Below, piece by piece: positions 26,821 through 38,806 of a stretch of 64,000 nucleotides of DNA. Within the stretch, counting starts at the first letter, position 1. Every line of letters starts with the position of its first letter. The stretch comes from Chrysomallon squamiferum (Eukaryota; Animalia; Mollusca): NCBI GenBank assembly GCA_012295275.1, contig CM022679.1, positions 6,696,001 through 6,760,000 of the forward strand. Direction: 5' to 3'. The notes beneath the pieces were generated by a model, which searched no databases, was not told where the DNA came from, and was given only the letters and a program-made list of their open reading frames with translations. A program made the translations under genes and the position numbers.

Positions 26821-27288
26821 GCTTTATTGATTTAAGGCTTCATGCTTAAAGCTATTCCAGTTTATTTTCACATAAAAATAGCTTTATATTTGTGTTCTTT
26901 TAAAACGCAAATCAGGTGACTAATATTGACTGACCGAGCACAGTCTGTGTGTGTTACACCATACAGTGTTACAGATATAATATTGACCATGCACAAATAT
27001 ATAACTCGATATTGTTTTATCATTCAAAGGTTAGATTTGCGACATTAACCTGAGCAGAATAAAACTGACATATTAAGAGATTATCATGCTATTTCATTTA
27101 TGGTGCAAACATAAATGTTTAAAAAACAACAAAAAAAAACAACAACTAAAAGCTAAATGAAATTGACTGTTTAATCAACTCAGTGATCTCAAGAGAGAGA
27201 TTCGTGTGTTGATTTCCTTTTCAACAACAATGTATTGTTTATTTTTTAAATGAAAACAGTTATTTCAGTGGTGCTTTAAGATCTAAAC

Positions 27289-27432
27289 CAATCTCTGGCA
27301 ACTGCAGCCTACGGAGCTTTCTGAGTGGCCCACCATATTGTTCCATTTACACTTAAATCAGTACCTGCGGCCCGCCTGAGGATGAGCCATGTCTCATGTT
27401 GCCCGCTTCTCGAAAAAGGTTGCCCAGGCCTG
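27289..27432. mobile_element. hAT-type (Charlie-like) MITE, 144 bp
   Basis: Degenerate terminal inverted repeats CAATCTCTGGCAAC / GTTGCCCAGGCCTG, internal GCGGCCCGC motif, 8-bp target site duplication ATCTAAAC (27281-27288) / ATCTAAGC (27433-27440). Confidence 0.75.
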
Positions 27433-27900
27433 ATCTAAGCCACCAGTATAAAATCAAATTTAAGCTAACACATTAGTAACGATAGAAAAACCTCACAAAA
27501 TATTGGAACATCACACTGTCCTAATGCGTAAATTAGAATATATTGAATTCTGCTTTTGTTTTCGATACTTTTAAAACTAGTAATTCCTATAACTGACCTG
27601 ACTGAGAATGACTTAAATCTACATTCTGACTCATCACTGCAACTGGAGATCCTAATCTTCTAACTTCTACATTTATTCACAATCTTACACATTATCACAT
27701 TTCAAGTTCAGTTACATAATACTGCGTATGGTAGACAGTGAAGAATGTATACATCCAGAGAACAAAAATGTATCTGTAAAAGTATACTATAAATTTTGTT
27801 TTATCATCTTCAGTGACCTTAAGATTAGTATTTGCTAGGATTGTATTCTTGCACAGGATCGTGTCAAAGCTTATAAAGAAGAAGAAAAAAAAATATATAT

Positions 27901-27943
<43 letters not shown>

Positions 27944-28214
27944 TAGATATATAGCTGGCTTTGGTTTGAGTGAATGGTTTGGTCGTATTTTTTTAAAAGC
28001 TGATGTCAAAATATTTTGAAATATGAAATAAGATGGATTCACTAATAATAATTTACCACCAATTCTACAACAACATCAACATCAACAGCAGCAGGCAACA
28101 GTGATAATAATTTATAGCAGTAGTAACTTACAAAAACATAATAAAAACAAGCCTGCACTTAGATGTTATTAAAATGTACATTTATAAAACTTTTTTTTTT
28201 TTTTTCAATTTCAG

Positions 28215-28927
28215 GCATTACTTAGAAACAAGATTTCCTTTTGTTGTCGATTTGTGGGCACTGCACTCTTGCTACTTTTCTTTGGATTTGGTAAGAATAC
28301 ATTTACTACTTTTTATACGTGTATGTCTTTTTTGTTTGTGTGTGTATGGCGTTAAGCATGTGTGAAGTATGCAACAAATGGGTAGGAAGATAATGTGTAT
28401 GTGTGTGACTATGTCTGTATGTTTGTATGAATGAATCTATAATATCTAAAAATGCAGAGTTACATTAATGAAAAAAACGTAAGGAAAGTATTGTGTTTCT
28501 AGATAAAATATTGGGAAGTCTTCTCTATTTGAGTGATGTAATTATATTAAAGTAACATTATTTATATTTTGTTTATTTTTTTAAATTATTATTATTATAA
28601 TTATTACTGTTATTATTATTATTATTATTATGACGTCTTCTTTACTAAATTTTATAATTAATTAATTTATTTTATTTATTTGTTTAATTATTTATCAATT
28701 TACTTTCATTTTCTTTTTTAATTCAGATTTATATAATTTTTTTTTTTTTTTTTTTTTTTAATTTAAATAATTGAAAAAGTATATTTTCAATAATTAATCA
28801 ACATTTATTTTAAATTATTTATCTTTAATATATCTTATTTATAAATTTAACTTTAAAAATTTATATATTTGTTAATTTTAAAAAATGTATTATTCATTTA
28901 TATTTATTTTTTTCAATAAGTAAATTA

Positions 28928-28966
<39 letters not shown>

Positions 28967-29961
28967 GTTATTGTTGTTGTTGTTTTTGCACTGTTACTAT
29001 TATAGCTCTGTGTCCTGCAGGACAAGAGTTCGATTACCTGGACTCTCAGTGCAAGCAGTGTTCTATGAATTATTTCAAAAACGCTCAGTCACGTTTTTGT
29101 ACAAAATGTCCACAGGGACAGAAAACTGTTCAGCGGGGAAGTGCAGAATGTGTTCCATTACCAAGTATGATACTTCACTTTAATTACTACTGTTACTATT
29201 GTTACAAGTGTATTTTCTAATACAACCTAGCTAGAAAACAAGAAGTTTGAAAGAAAGACACATTGTAATTATCATGATATCATTCTGATTCTTGCTAGGT
29301 GGTGAAGTGATTCCACAGCTGGATTTAATGACATACAGAATCACGATGCAGTTCACAACAACGTCGTGTGACAGGCCGGAGTTGATGACAGATGCATTAC
29401 GAACTGAAGCACGACGTCAGATAAAACGTCTCAATTGCACATGGGAAGGAATATGTAACAATGTGGTCTGCGACAACGTGGACGTCAGTGATGCTGTAAC
29501 AGGATGTCAGTCTTCGGGTCGTCATCGCCGACAGACTCGGATTCCAATAAAAATGGATTTGATATTCACCTCTATTCCGTATGTGTTACTTTTCTCTGCT
29601 TTATTTATTCATTTATTTATTTTTATTATTATGTTTTGTTTAAGCCATCAAAAATAAAATTAATTAACAATTAGCTTGATTTAAAAGATATCATTAATAT
29701 TCTTTGATAATAATAATAACTGTTCTTATTATTAATAGTAAGAGTTGCAGTAGTTGTAGTAGTAGTTGTAACGGGCAGATTGCAGCTCAGTGTTAGAGCA
29801 CAAACCAGTCATTGCATTAGTTTCCCCTTTCAGGCTAGGCAATCAGTTTATCACGAATTTCAGATGTAATTTTATGCTTATGAATATGTGCATACAAAAA
29901 AATCCCTAACTAAACAAAAGATGCTAACCATTTTTTTTTTTTTAAATCATTCTGTATTTCC

Positions 29962-30001
<40 letters not shown>

Positions 30002-31047
30002 TGTAGACAAGAACTCAAGCTGAACACATCAACAGGTTCTGAAGAAAGTAGATCTACCAGAAATGTTCTCAGTGATTATTTTACTGACAAGACAGTTTTC
30101 AGTACTTTGGTTTGATTCTTTGTAACTGGTTTTTTATTTAATCAGTCTGTTAATTACATATTTTTTTAATTTATATATTTATTGGATTATTTCAGAGTAG
30201 CATATTTCATATACAATATTAAAGTAACTAACTTAATTTATTCACAACTCCACATATGATATGTAATGCATTTACATTGTTATTTTCATGCTTTCAGAAT
30301 ACTAAGGGATAAATATAATGCAATTGATCTACGGTGTAATAATTTTATACTTTCAGAGTGACACATATGGACTAAGTTATCAGTCAGTTTCAAATACAAA
30401 CATCACCATAGTATGTCGGCAGGCTGGATATGTCCTCACCAATACTATGTGTGGTAAGAACTTTACAGTAGTTTCAGACAACCAGTACTTATGCTCATTA
30501 GTCATGAAAAATACTGAATAAAATTTCAATAATTGTTCTAGAAATGGATTTTGTAATGTAATTTACTGAATACGTTTTCTTTCTGCCATTTACAATTATT
30601 ATCGTTATTGTTCTTCTAATTATTATAATATTAATATTATTACTATTACAGAGCCATGCCCCGTTGGAACGGCAGAAAATTCTGATAAATGTGTGGAATG
30701 TGAATATGGTTTCTACCAAGATAAAACGGGAATGACAGGATGCACAAAATGTCCAAAATATAAAGCAACTACAATTAGAGGAGCCACATCTATAAACTAT
30801 TGTTACCGTAAGTTGGTTACCTTTGTATTTGTCTTTCTTTAAACATTAAAAATTATGAATGGTACCTAAAGCCACAATTATTAGTATTATTATTTCAAAT
30901 TTATTTACTTTTTTTTAAAGTCAGTTCTCTTGAAAAATAAACAACGATCGAAACGTAATTAAAAAAAAAAGTATATTATTTTTTTTTTTCATTAAATAAA
31001 ATTACAGGTAACTCTAACTGGACAGAAATAAATAAGTAAAAAAACAA

Positions 31048-31085
<38 letters not shown>

Positions 31086-31170
31086 ATGTGCGCGCTTGTG
31101 GACTTACAGATAATGATATTTGTATTTTTTTGATTATTATATTTACTGACTTTCAGGGATAAATTGCTAA
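28215..31170 (+). CDS. Gene C: small protein, hydrophobic leader + GCC repeat + furin-site (RHRR) SEA-like domain + GCC repeat, no C-terminal TM
   Basis: Exons 28215-28290, 29006-29164, 29299-29578, 30007-30109, 30357-30453, 30652-30807 and 31157-31170 total 885 nt: 294 codons plus TAA, no internal stop. Start codon not securely located. Confidence 0.8.
29773..29800 (+). repeat. tRNA-derived SINE head remnant
   Basis: GGGCAGATTGCAGCTCAGTGTTAGAGCA resembles a Pol III A-box (TAGCTCAGTGGTAGAGC). No B-box or cloverleaf seen. Confidence 0.3.
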
Positions 31171-31884
31171 TGTGTAATTTCTAAAAGCAGTTCCCTTCAC
31201 TTTAGTTGTAGATACGCTGGACGAATAATGCCCCTATATGACTATTTAGTTAGTTTTAGTTTTATCTTTAACATCAATTTGTTTCTACAATCGTTTATAA
31301 TGCACCGTTTATAAATGGTATACGAAGTTGCGTATCTGCCTCTTTTTCTTCGACGCAAACTTGCATTATATGAATGGTGCCATAAAACTGGACATTTCTC
31401 TCAAAATATTCTTTCTGTTTTTTATAATGTAGAAAGAGAAAATGAAATGAACGAGGTACGCTACTGACAAAAACAGTTCTAGTAATAACATTTTTAATAC
31501 GTTTGTAATCCACTGAAAAAGTCCATAAAGAATGTGTCAATAATAAAAAATAATAATAATAATAATAATAACAATAATAATATTAATAATAATAAAAACA
31601 CACACACACACACACGTGCGTTGTCAGAACAAATTTAGCATTACGCCCATCTAAGTTGTGTATAAGTGGGTGGGGTTCAGGGAACATTTGTAAACTTGGG
31701 ACGCTGCTGAGGCCTTCTGAGCCATGTTTTCTATTTATTTTCTGAGGCATTTTTGTTTTTTACCAATATTAAATAAAAAGGAAGAGGATATTTTATTGAG
31801 CCTGTGTGTGTGTGTGTGTTTATATTTTTTGCCAAATCTGTTTATTTTAATTGCTGCTAAAATATGAATAATGAATTTAAAACC

Positions 31885-32010
31885 TATGGAACAAAATGCA
31901 AACTGTTGAAAGATGTGTAGGTCACAATAAACATTTAAACAAACACACACACACACACACACATATACATATATAAATAAACAATAACACAACAAAAAAA
32001 GCATAAGAAG

Positions 32011-32063
<53 letters not shown>

Positions 32064-33362
32064 CTTCGGCACTATATATTTTACACTGAACAATCTATAT
32101 GACTGGCGTCATGAATGAAATGATATAGGGATGATAAAGACAGTGATATAGTTATAGCAGGCTAACTGTCGAGAAACAAGACATATCTGCACGTGATCAA
32201 ACTCATAGATAAAGAGACAGATTTACGTATATATATATTATTGTTGTTGTTCTTATTGTTTTTGTACTTTTTGTTTTCTGAAACCGTAAATAATTGCTTG
32301 AATTATAATTGTAATGTTTAATGTCATTTTAGTAAAATGAAACTGGAAATATATTGCGGTCCATATTATTACAACTCCTAGCCTAGTATGAGCTCGCTGT
32401 TTTGTATATTTAAATTACGCTTTGCAGAACAAATAATTACTTTGAAGATAAATAAGATTATTTCATATGATTTAAGAAAATCGAGTAAATATTTACAATT
32501 AAAATAATTTACTTCCAAGAAGCTACTAAGAAAAAAATTACGCAGCTTACACTTACACTGCTTAACACGTAAACTTTTTTTCTCTCTTTCTTTGTAAAAC
32601 GTGTATGAAATAACAATATAATAACTTTATGTATTTGATCTACTGGCACAGGAGAGATTTTCTCAAAAATTATCTTCAATTTTGGAACCTTTAAAAAACA
32701 TTAAATATATTAATGTAACCATTTTAAGTTTTAATGCTGTGAAAGGGTTATGTAAGTTTACGGATCAAGTAGCAGGGCCCATTATAGATCAGTCGTATTC
32801 AGCAGTTAGCAGGATACATTTACAAGCTCTGTAAAATATAGTTTAGAAAAGCAGTGCAGTGTTCCGACGTTTGTAAAATTGTGATCTACAAATGTTTTGC
32901 GGATATTAACTCTATTTTTTCGGATTCCTTTATTTGCTGCAAGCAATATTGCTGCAAGAATGACTTTTGTGAAGTATTTTATTACGATACTTTTCCTAAT
33001 ATCTGCAACAAAGGTAAATCCTTCTCAAATTTATGTCTTCGGATTTCGGTATATATCTTAGAATGTCAGTGTTTGCTGTATATGTGTATTCGTAAATGGG
33101 TCTGTAAAAACACACACACACACACACACACATTCACACACACACAAATGAGTTAGTGTATGTGTGGTTGCTTGATATCAAGACAAAGACATATGGAGTG
33201 ATGTATGAAATATGGCCAGGAGTGTAACTGAGTATGCGTGTTTCTGATTTTATTTATATGTCTTTTTATCTTCTGTATATTCTGTTAGTTTTATAATACA
33301 TATATTTTTATATTTATTATACTATTACGTTTTTTCTTTCTTTTGCATCGAATTTACAGATC
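31885..33362. repeat. Right arm of long diverged inverted repeat (contains an extra ~295-bp insert)
   Basis: Inverted copy of 24110-25240. The chance ORFs 24238-24585(-) and 32854-33156(+) share EVFYYDTFPN(V/I)CNKGKSFS. Confidence 0.85.
32015..32060. repeat. (AG)n microsatellite
   Basis: Perfect run inside the right inverted-repeat arm, much shorter in the left arm. Confidence 0.95.
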
Positions 33363-34382
33363 TTTCTCATAATGTCTGCATAAGAATATAATAAATGGTA
33401 AAAAATGCGTGAAACACTTTTCCTTTTCAGGCCTTTTTCATCTTTCTATTACTGCGACATCTTAATTCTTACATGAAAATAAGCAACTAATATTTCATTT
33501 ATCCCCGACACACAACTTCCTGGTATACTCTAACATTATTAAAATATGTAGGTAAGTGAGATGTGAACCTCCGCAAACTAAATTAATTTACAAAAATACG
33601 AGAAAAAATAATAATGTCAGTTGATTTCTACTGTAACTAGAACATTTTAAAAGCAAAAATTTCAACACACACACAAACACACAATCAATTAGAAAGAAAG
33701 AATAACTAACAAATAATTATGTCTGGCTAATAGAAATATATTAAAATGTAACATCTTTAAAGTTCTGAAAATGATTGTCGAGCGTTTTGCTGTTTGAAAC
33801 TATTTGTATTTTACTCTTTGTTTGTAATGTTATATTACAATTAGACTACACTGTCGAGTTGTCAGCGAATATTCACCAAAACATATTATAGTTGGTAAAT
33901 GGTGCATGGAAAAAACAAACACAAAAAAAAAAAAATGTGTTCGTCCAAACGGTTAAGATTAAATTTCAGTTCGCGAAAAAAATAAAAATAAAATGCTGTT
34001 GTATTATTTAGTCACGCGTAACAGGTCTACCTGACTGAAAAGGTACAGGACACGAAGTAGCTCAGATTTTTCTCAATAGATAACCGATTGGCTGTTTCAG
34101 TCGACCTGTAAGTCAGAGGCACATTTATCATTTTTTTAATCTCTGAACGATTGCTTGTAAAAAAATCCTTTCTTGTAATTCCTTTGTTTGCGTCACAGAT
34201 TTTCTTCTTATTTAAATATATATTTATAATGACATATAACCATATTTTAAAATGCAGTGGTTTAAACAGATAGTGCTTTTCGTATTTCTGTTTGTTGTTT
34301 TCGGGTTACTTTTTTGCAACGATTTAATCAGAAAAAGTAATATCCATCTGATTTGATTAATATTTTACAAAATGTGCAGAAA

Positions 34383-36825
34383 ATGAAATTGATTTTAATC
34401 GTTTCCTTCTTCTTGAATTTCTGTAAAATTTTGGTATCAAAATCTGGAAAGTTTGTAAGAGATAATGGCGTATTTTGTTTGAAAATTATATTCTGAAATT
34501 AATATCTTTCACAGAATCAGAAAATAACAATAATAACAACGACAACAAAAATGGTAATTTCTTGAAAAAGGCAATTGTGTGAACCAGCAATTTTTTATCA
34601 TTGAAATCAGGAAAAAAGATCTAGTTATAGTTAGGAGTCAGTCTTTTATTTTCAAAACAGAAGATTATTTTTGAGAACTTAAGATATGCTGTTTAAAATT
34701 AAGAATCCTGATCCTGTATATATAATATTAAAAAGGAAAGATAAAAATATGTTTAATCATACTGCAATTAGGTATAATTTTAAGTTGAAAATATCTATTA
34801 CTCCCACAGCAATATACTTAGTTTCCGAGACGATAGACCTATGAGGCTATCTATGCACCCAGGCTCGTTACTAGATACATTGATAAAAGTCATTATTTTC
34901 ACTGACACCCTGGAAATTTAAGGAGTGATGGATAATAATGTGAAATAATAGTATAAAATATTTTTCATATATTAAATCAAATCTTTCTTTGAAAACATTT
35001 ACCATAAGAATACGTTTGACACATGTATAAAAAAAAACTTTAACTGTTATGAAAAAGCAATGATATGCTCAGAGACAAAATGCAAACAAAAAATTACGGC
35101 CCGGGAAGTAGATTAAAATTATAGTCATAAAATGAATTCTATGTCACTTGTTAGCTGCTGTTATAACTGTCAAAAGTTAACAACGAACTAGTTCTGTACC
35201 TCAATTATAAGCACTAAGAATTTGTTCACTGGTTATATAATTATATCTGTTTGTCTGTCGTCTTGTAATTTGTCTCTATATATGTCTTTGTTAATTTGTA
35301 TATTTAATACAACAAACTCCAATTTAAAAGTGGCATAATATTTTTATTCAAACTTTAATAACTCATTAACTGTTTCCATAATTTAGTTTCACAATTCATT
35401 TTCCCTTAGTTCTAGCAGCTAAAATGCAAAAGTTCTCTGATGTGATCAGAGTATTTCATATCTGTGCTATTGTGGCTGGTCAAATCGACTTTCAGAAATT
35501 CGAATACTGGCATCAGTAGTGCGGCACTTTCATTTTCCATGGTGTCAGTGCCAAAGTGGTTCCACATTTCTAGAATACATAGCCCTTCTATTCAGATGTT
35601 GGTGATCTAGTCCATCAGTAATGACCGTTTTCACCGTGGACTGATCGGCAGTTATGTTAACGTGAAGGTCCTCAACTTGTCCAGCACAATCATCGGAAGG
35701 GCTGACATTTTTTCACATCATCGTTCTTAGAATATTCTGACATTGTCCTACTTTTTGCTTATGACATATACACTTAGTGTAATGGAATAAACAGCCTCTC
35801 AAGTGCTAGGAAAATATCCACCACACACTTCCTTGGGTGCTAAAGAAAATGTCCCATCTGAAGATAATTAGCATCACCCAATACCTGCAGGATTTTGTCA
35901 GTCGTGAACAAGGTGCGGAATATGGTCTCTTCCGTCGATATGTGTCCGCTCATCTTTCAGGTTGATTTTCTGTCTTGTTTGTAGTAGTCGAGGAAACATT
36001 TTGTTGCATTGTCAGAATACTACCAACACTATAGGCACAGCATTGTGGATCTTCCGCAGTTTGGACATTTCATCACATTAAATCTTCGGAATTGTTATTG
36101 TCGTTGTTATTAGATTAATCAATTTATTAAAAACAATCAAATAACATTTAATAACACAGAGATTATTTAAATAAATCTATATATGTCTCTATCAATAAAG
36201 ATTTCTACTAATATATTAAGATTAGGTCTGCTATGTTCGTTTGTTTAGAAATATGCCAAGCAGATGTATTAAAATTGATTATATTATTCCATGTTCATGT
36301 TATCACATTTCATAATTCATAGTTGTATCAGTTACTCTTTTTTATTATTTTGAAGTATTTCATGTTTTATGCGCATGGAAAATAACTAAAAAGAGATGGT
36401 AAGAATTTATTCTTTGCAATTTAAATATTAACTAACTAGACATTAAATATGTTTGCCATGGAAATAAATCTTTTTCAAAATAGCTATATAAATTATTCCT
36501 GTAAAATATATTTTCAAAAGAAATCAAGAAAAATCCACTAATTAAAACTAAACACAGATACTTCCTTAAGAAAACTAAACCTACGATATAGAGACGTCAT
36601 TCTGTAAGTAATGAATTCATGTAAATACTCATAACTACAATATAAGACGGCTGTAATTATGAGGCCGATATAAAATTAATATAGGATTAGCCACTGGGCC
36701 TCTGCTAAATTGAAACTTTATTATATTATATTATATTATATTATATTATATTATATTATATTATATTATATTATATTGTTTTTTACAGACAGATGCTCTG
36801 ACAACAAATGTTGATTGTCAACCAG
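34383..36825 (+). CDS. Gene B: signal peptide exons
   Basis: ATG at 34383: [17 protein letters not shown](VSKSGKF), with a phase-0 donor after 34433 or 34454. Exon 36789-36825 reads [12 protein letters not shown]. Confidence 0.6.
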
Positions 36826-38774
36826 GTGAAGGTTTTTTTGTTTTTTATTTAAAAAAAATATATAATTAGACCTCTCAAATGATAGTAAAATATTCAGAAG
36901 TATTTTTCAATATTAGTAATTAGATAAAAGTCAACGAACTCCATTTTACATTCTAAATGTTCAGAAACGTCTCGAACACCATTGCAGATTTTTATTAATG
37001 CGTTCCTTGCCTTAATAGTACACTGAAATTATTTGTGTTTCAATTTGATTATAAAATTAAATAAATATAGGCAGACCTTTCTGTTGATCATACCTTCTGT
37101 TTTTGTTGTGATGGGAGAGATGTCTTCATGGGGAAAAGAAAGAAAAAGAAGACATGAATTCTAAGAATTGACAGAGGTGTCAAAAAAACAATACCGTCAT
37201 CTGAATCAGTTCAATATCATAAACCAAAAATATAAACGCACGGCTTTGCCCAGCGTGAATTTTTACATCAAAAGATAAAGAAATATTTTAATTATATATT
37301 TAGATAATAATGATTAAAAATATCTCAGTTTTAATTTTCATTCTTCACAAAATTTATTGTTTTACAGGCTGGACAAACATAGGAGTACAGTGTTACAGAC
37401 TCTTTACATCTTTATCACCATGGGAAAGTGCAGCAAAAGTATGCAAGAGGTAAGAAAGGAAATTGTTTTCTTTACCTCTGTGATCCTTTCGGGATATCTA
37501 TTTATATGAAATCTGTTTGATTTGCAAAAAATGAATTTGATTAATATGCCACAGAGCATGAATTTGATTAATATTACAAATTGAGAATTTCATTGCACTA
37601 TTTTCTAGACCTCCAAATTTAATAAAATCGTCTTTACTTTTTTTCTGAATATGATCAGATTTTTTTCTCAAATATATATACTGCATTTAATTATAATTTT
37701 TAATGTTTTTACTAATATAAATGAAATAGATTTTTAAATATAAAAAAAAAATTGAAAAATGGTAGCTGTATTGTGGTGTTCTTTTGTTGTAGTTTTTTAT
37801 TATTTGTTTTTTCTCTCTACTTTAGCTACGGATCTGAACTGGCAACAGTTACTGATTATTATGAAACTGAAGATGTTGGCAAGTTTGCTGACTCAAAAGG
37901 AAAGACTAAATTTTGGATTGGTAATTAAATTAACTATAACAGCTTATTCTGCTATTTCATCTGGAGTTCTGGAGGATATTGTAAATTTTATATATATCGG
38001 GTTTTTATCTCTCATTCACTAATATATACATGTCAAGTTGTTAATCATTAAACAGAAAAATACATTCACGAGTGTAAAACATAAAAAATGTGTGTCATTA
38101 TAATTTGTTTTGTGCTTTATTTGTTTATTGTTTTATTAATCTTGTAAATCTATAATTATATCAAACTATGGTTCCCAATCCGGATTTCCACCAAAATCAT
38201 AAAATTAAAATGTTTCTTTTGATACCTAATTAAATACATTTTTGGGTTTGTATCTTGAATTATCATTTTATTTTATTTATTTTATTTTATTTTATTTTAT
38301 TTTATTTTATTTTATTTTTATTTATTCATTATTGTTATTATTATTTCAGTACAGTCTTTTAAATTATTTTAGCTGTCATTTGTTTGGAGAATTTCTTGTT
38401 AATACATTTTTAATAAATTACTGTATTAAAGAGTTGCACAGAAAAGTCATCCTGTTTAATTTTGAAAATGGCTAAAGATTTGGGTTTTTTGAAACTGTAA
38501 CAAGTATTTTACTACTTTTTGTTTTAATAGGATTAATCAGAGTTCGTTATGATAGTAAGTGTTTATAAAATAGCTGCATGCAGATAACAAAATTGAAAAA
38601 ATTGAAAAAAATCTCAACAACAAACCATACACTACAAGTGTTGGATTTAGATTGTGATTCAGACAATAATTATAAAATATTTTCTCTTAAAATCTACAAT
38701 GTCACTAGTCATACAGATTCAAATAAAAAAGTATTTAATTTTAATTCTTTTTTAAATTATTATTAATGTTGTTG

Positions 38775-38806
<32 letters not shown>

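Noticed and set aside
29773-29830. tRNA gene
   Set aside because: Only an A-box-like head; no T-arm/B-box or acceptor stem, so treated as a SINE remnant.
33431-33551. Possible non-coding 5' exon of gene B (ttttcAG ... G|GTAAGT)
   Set aside because: Splice-like sites only; cannot be supported without transcript data.
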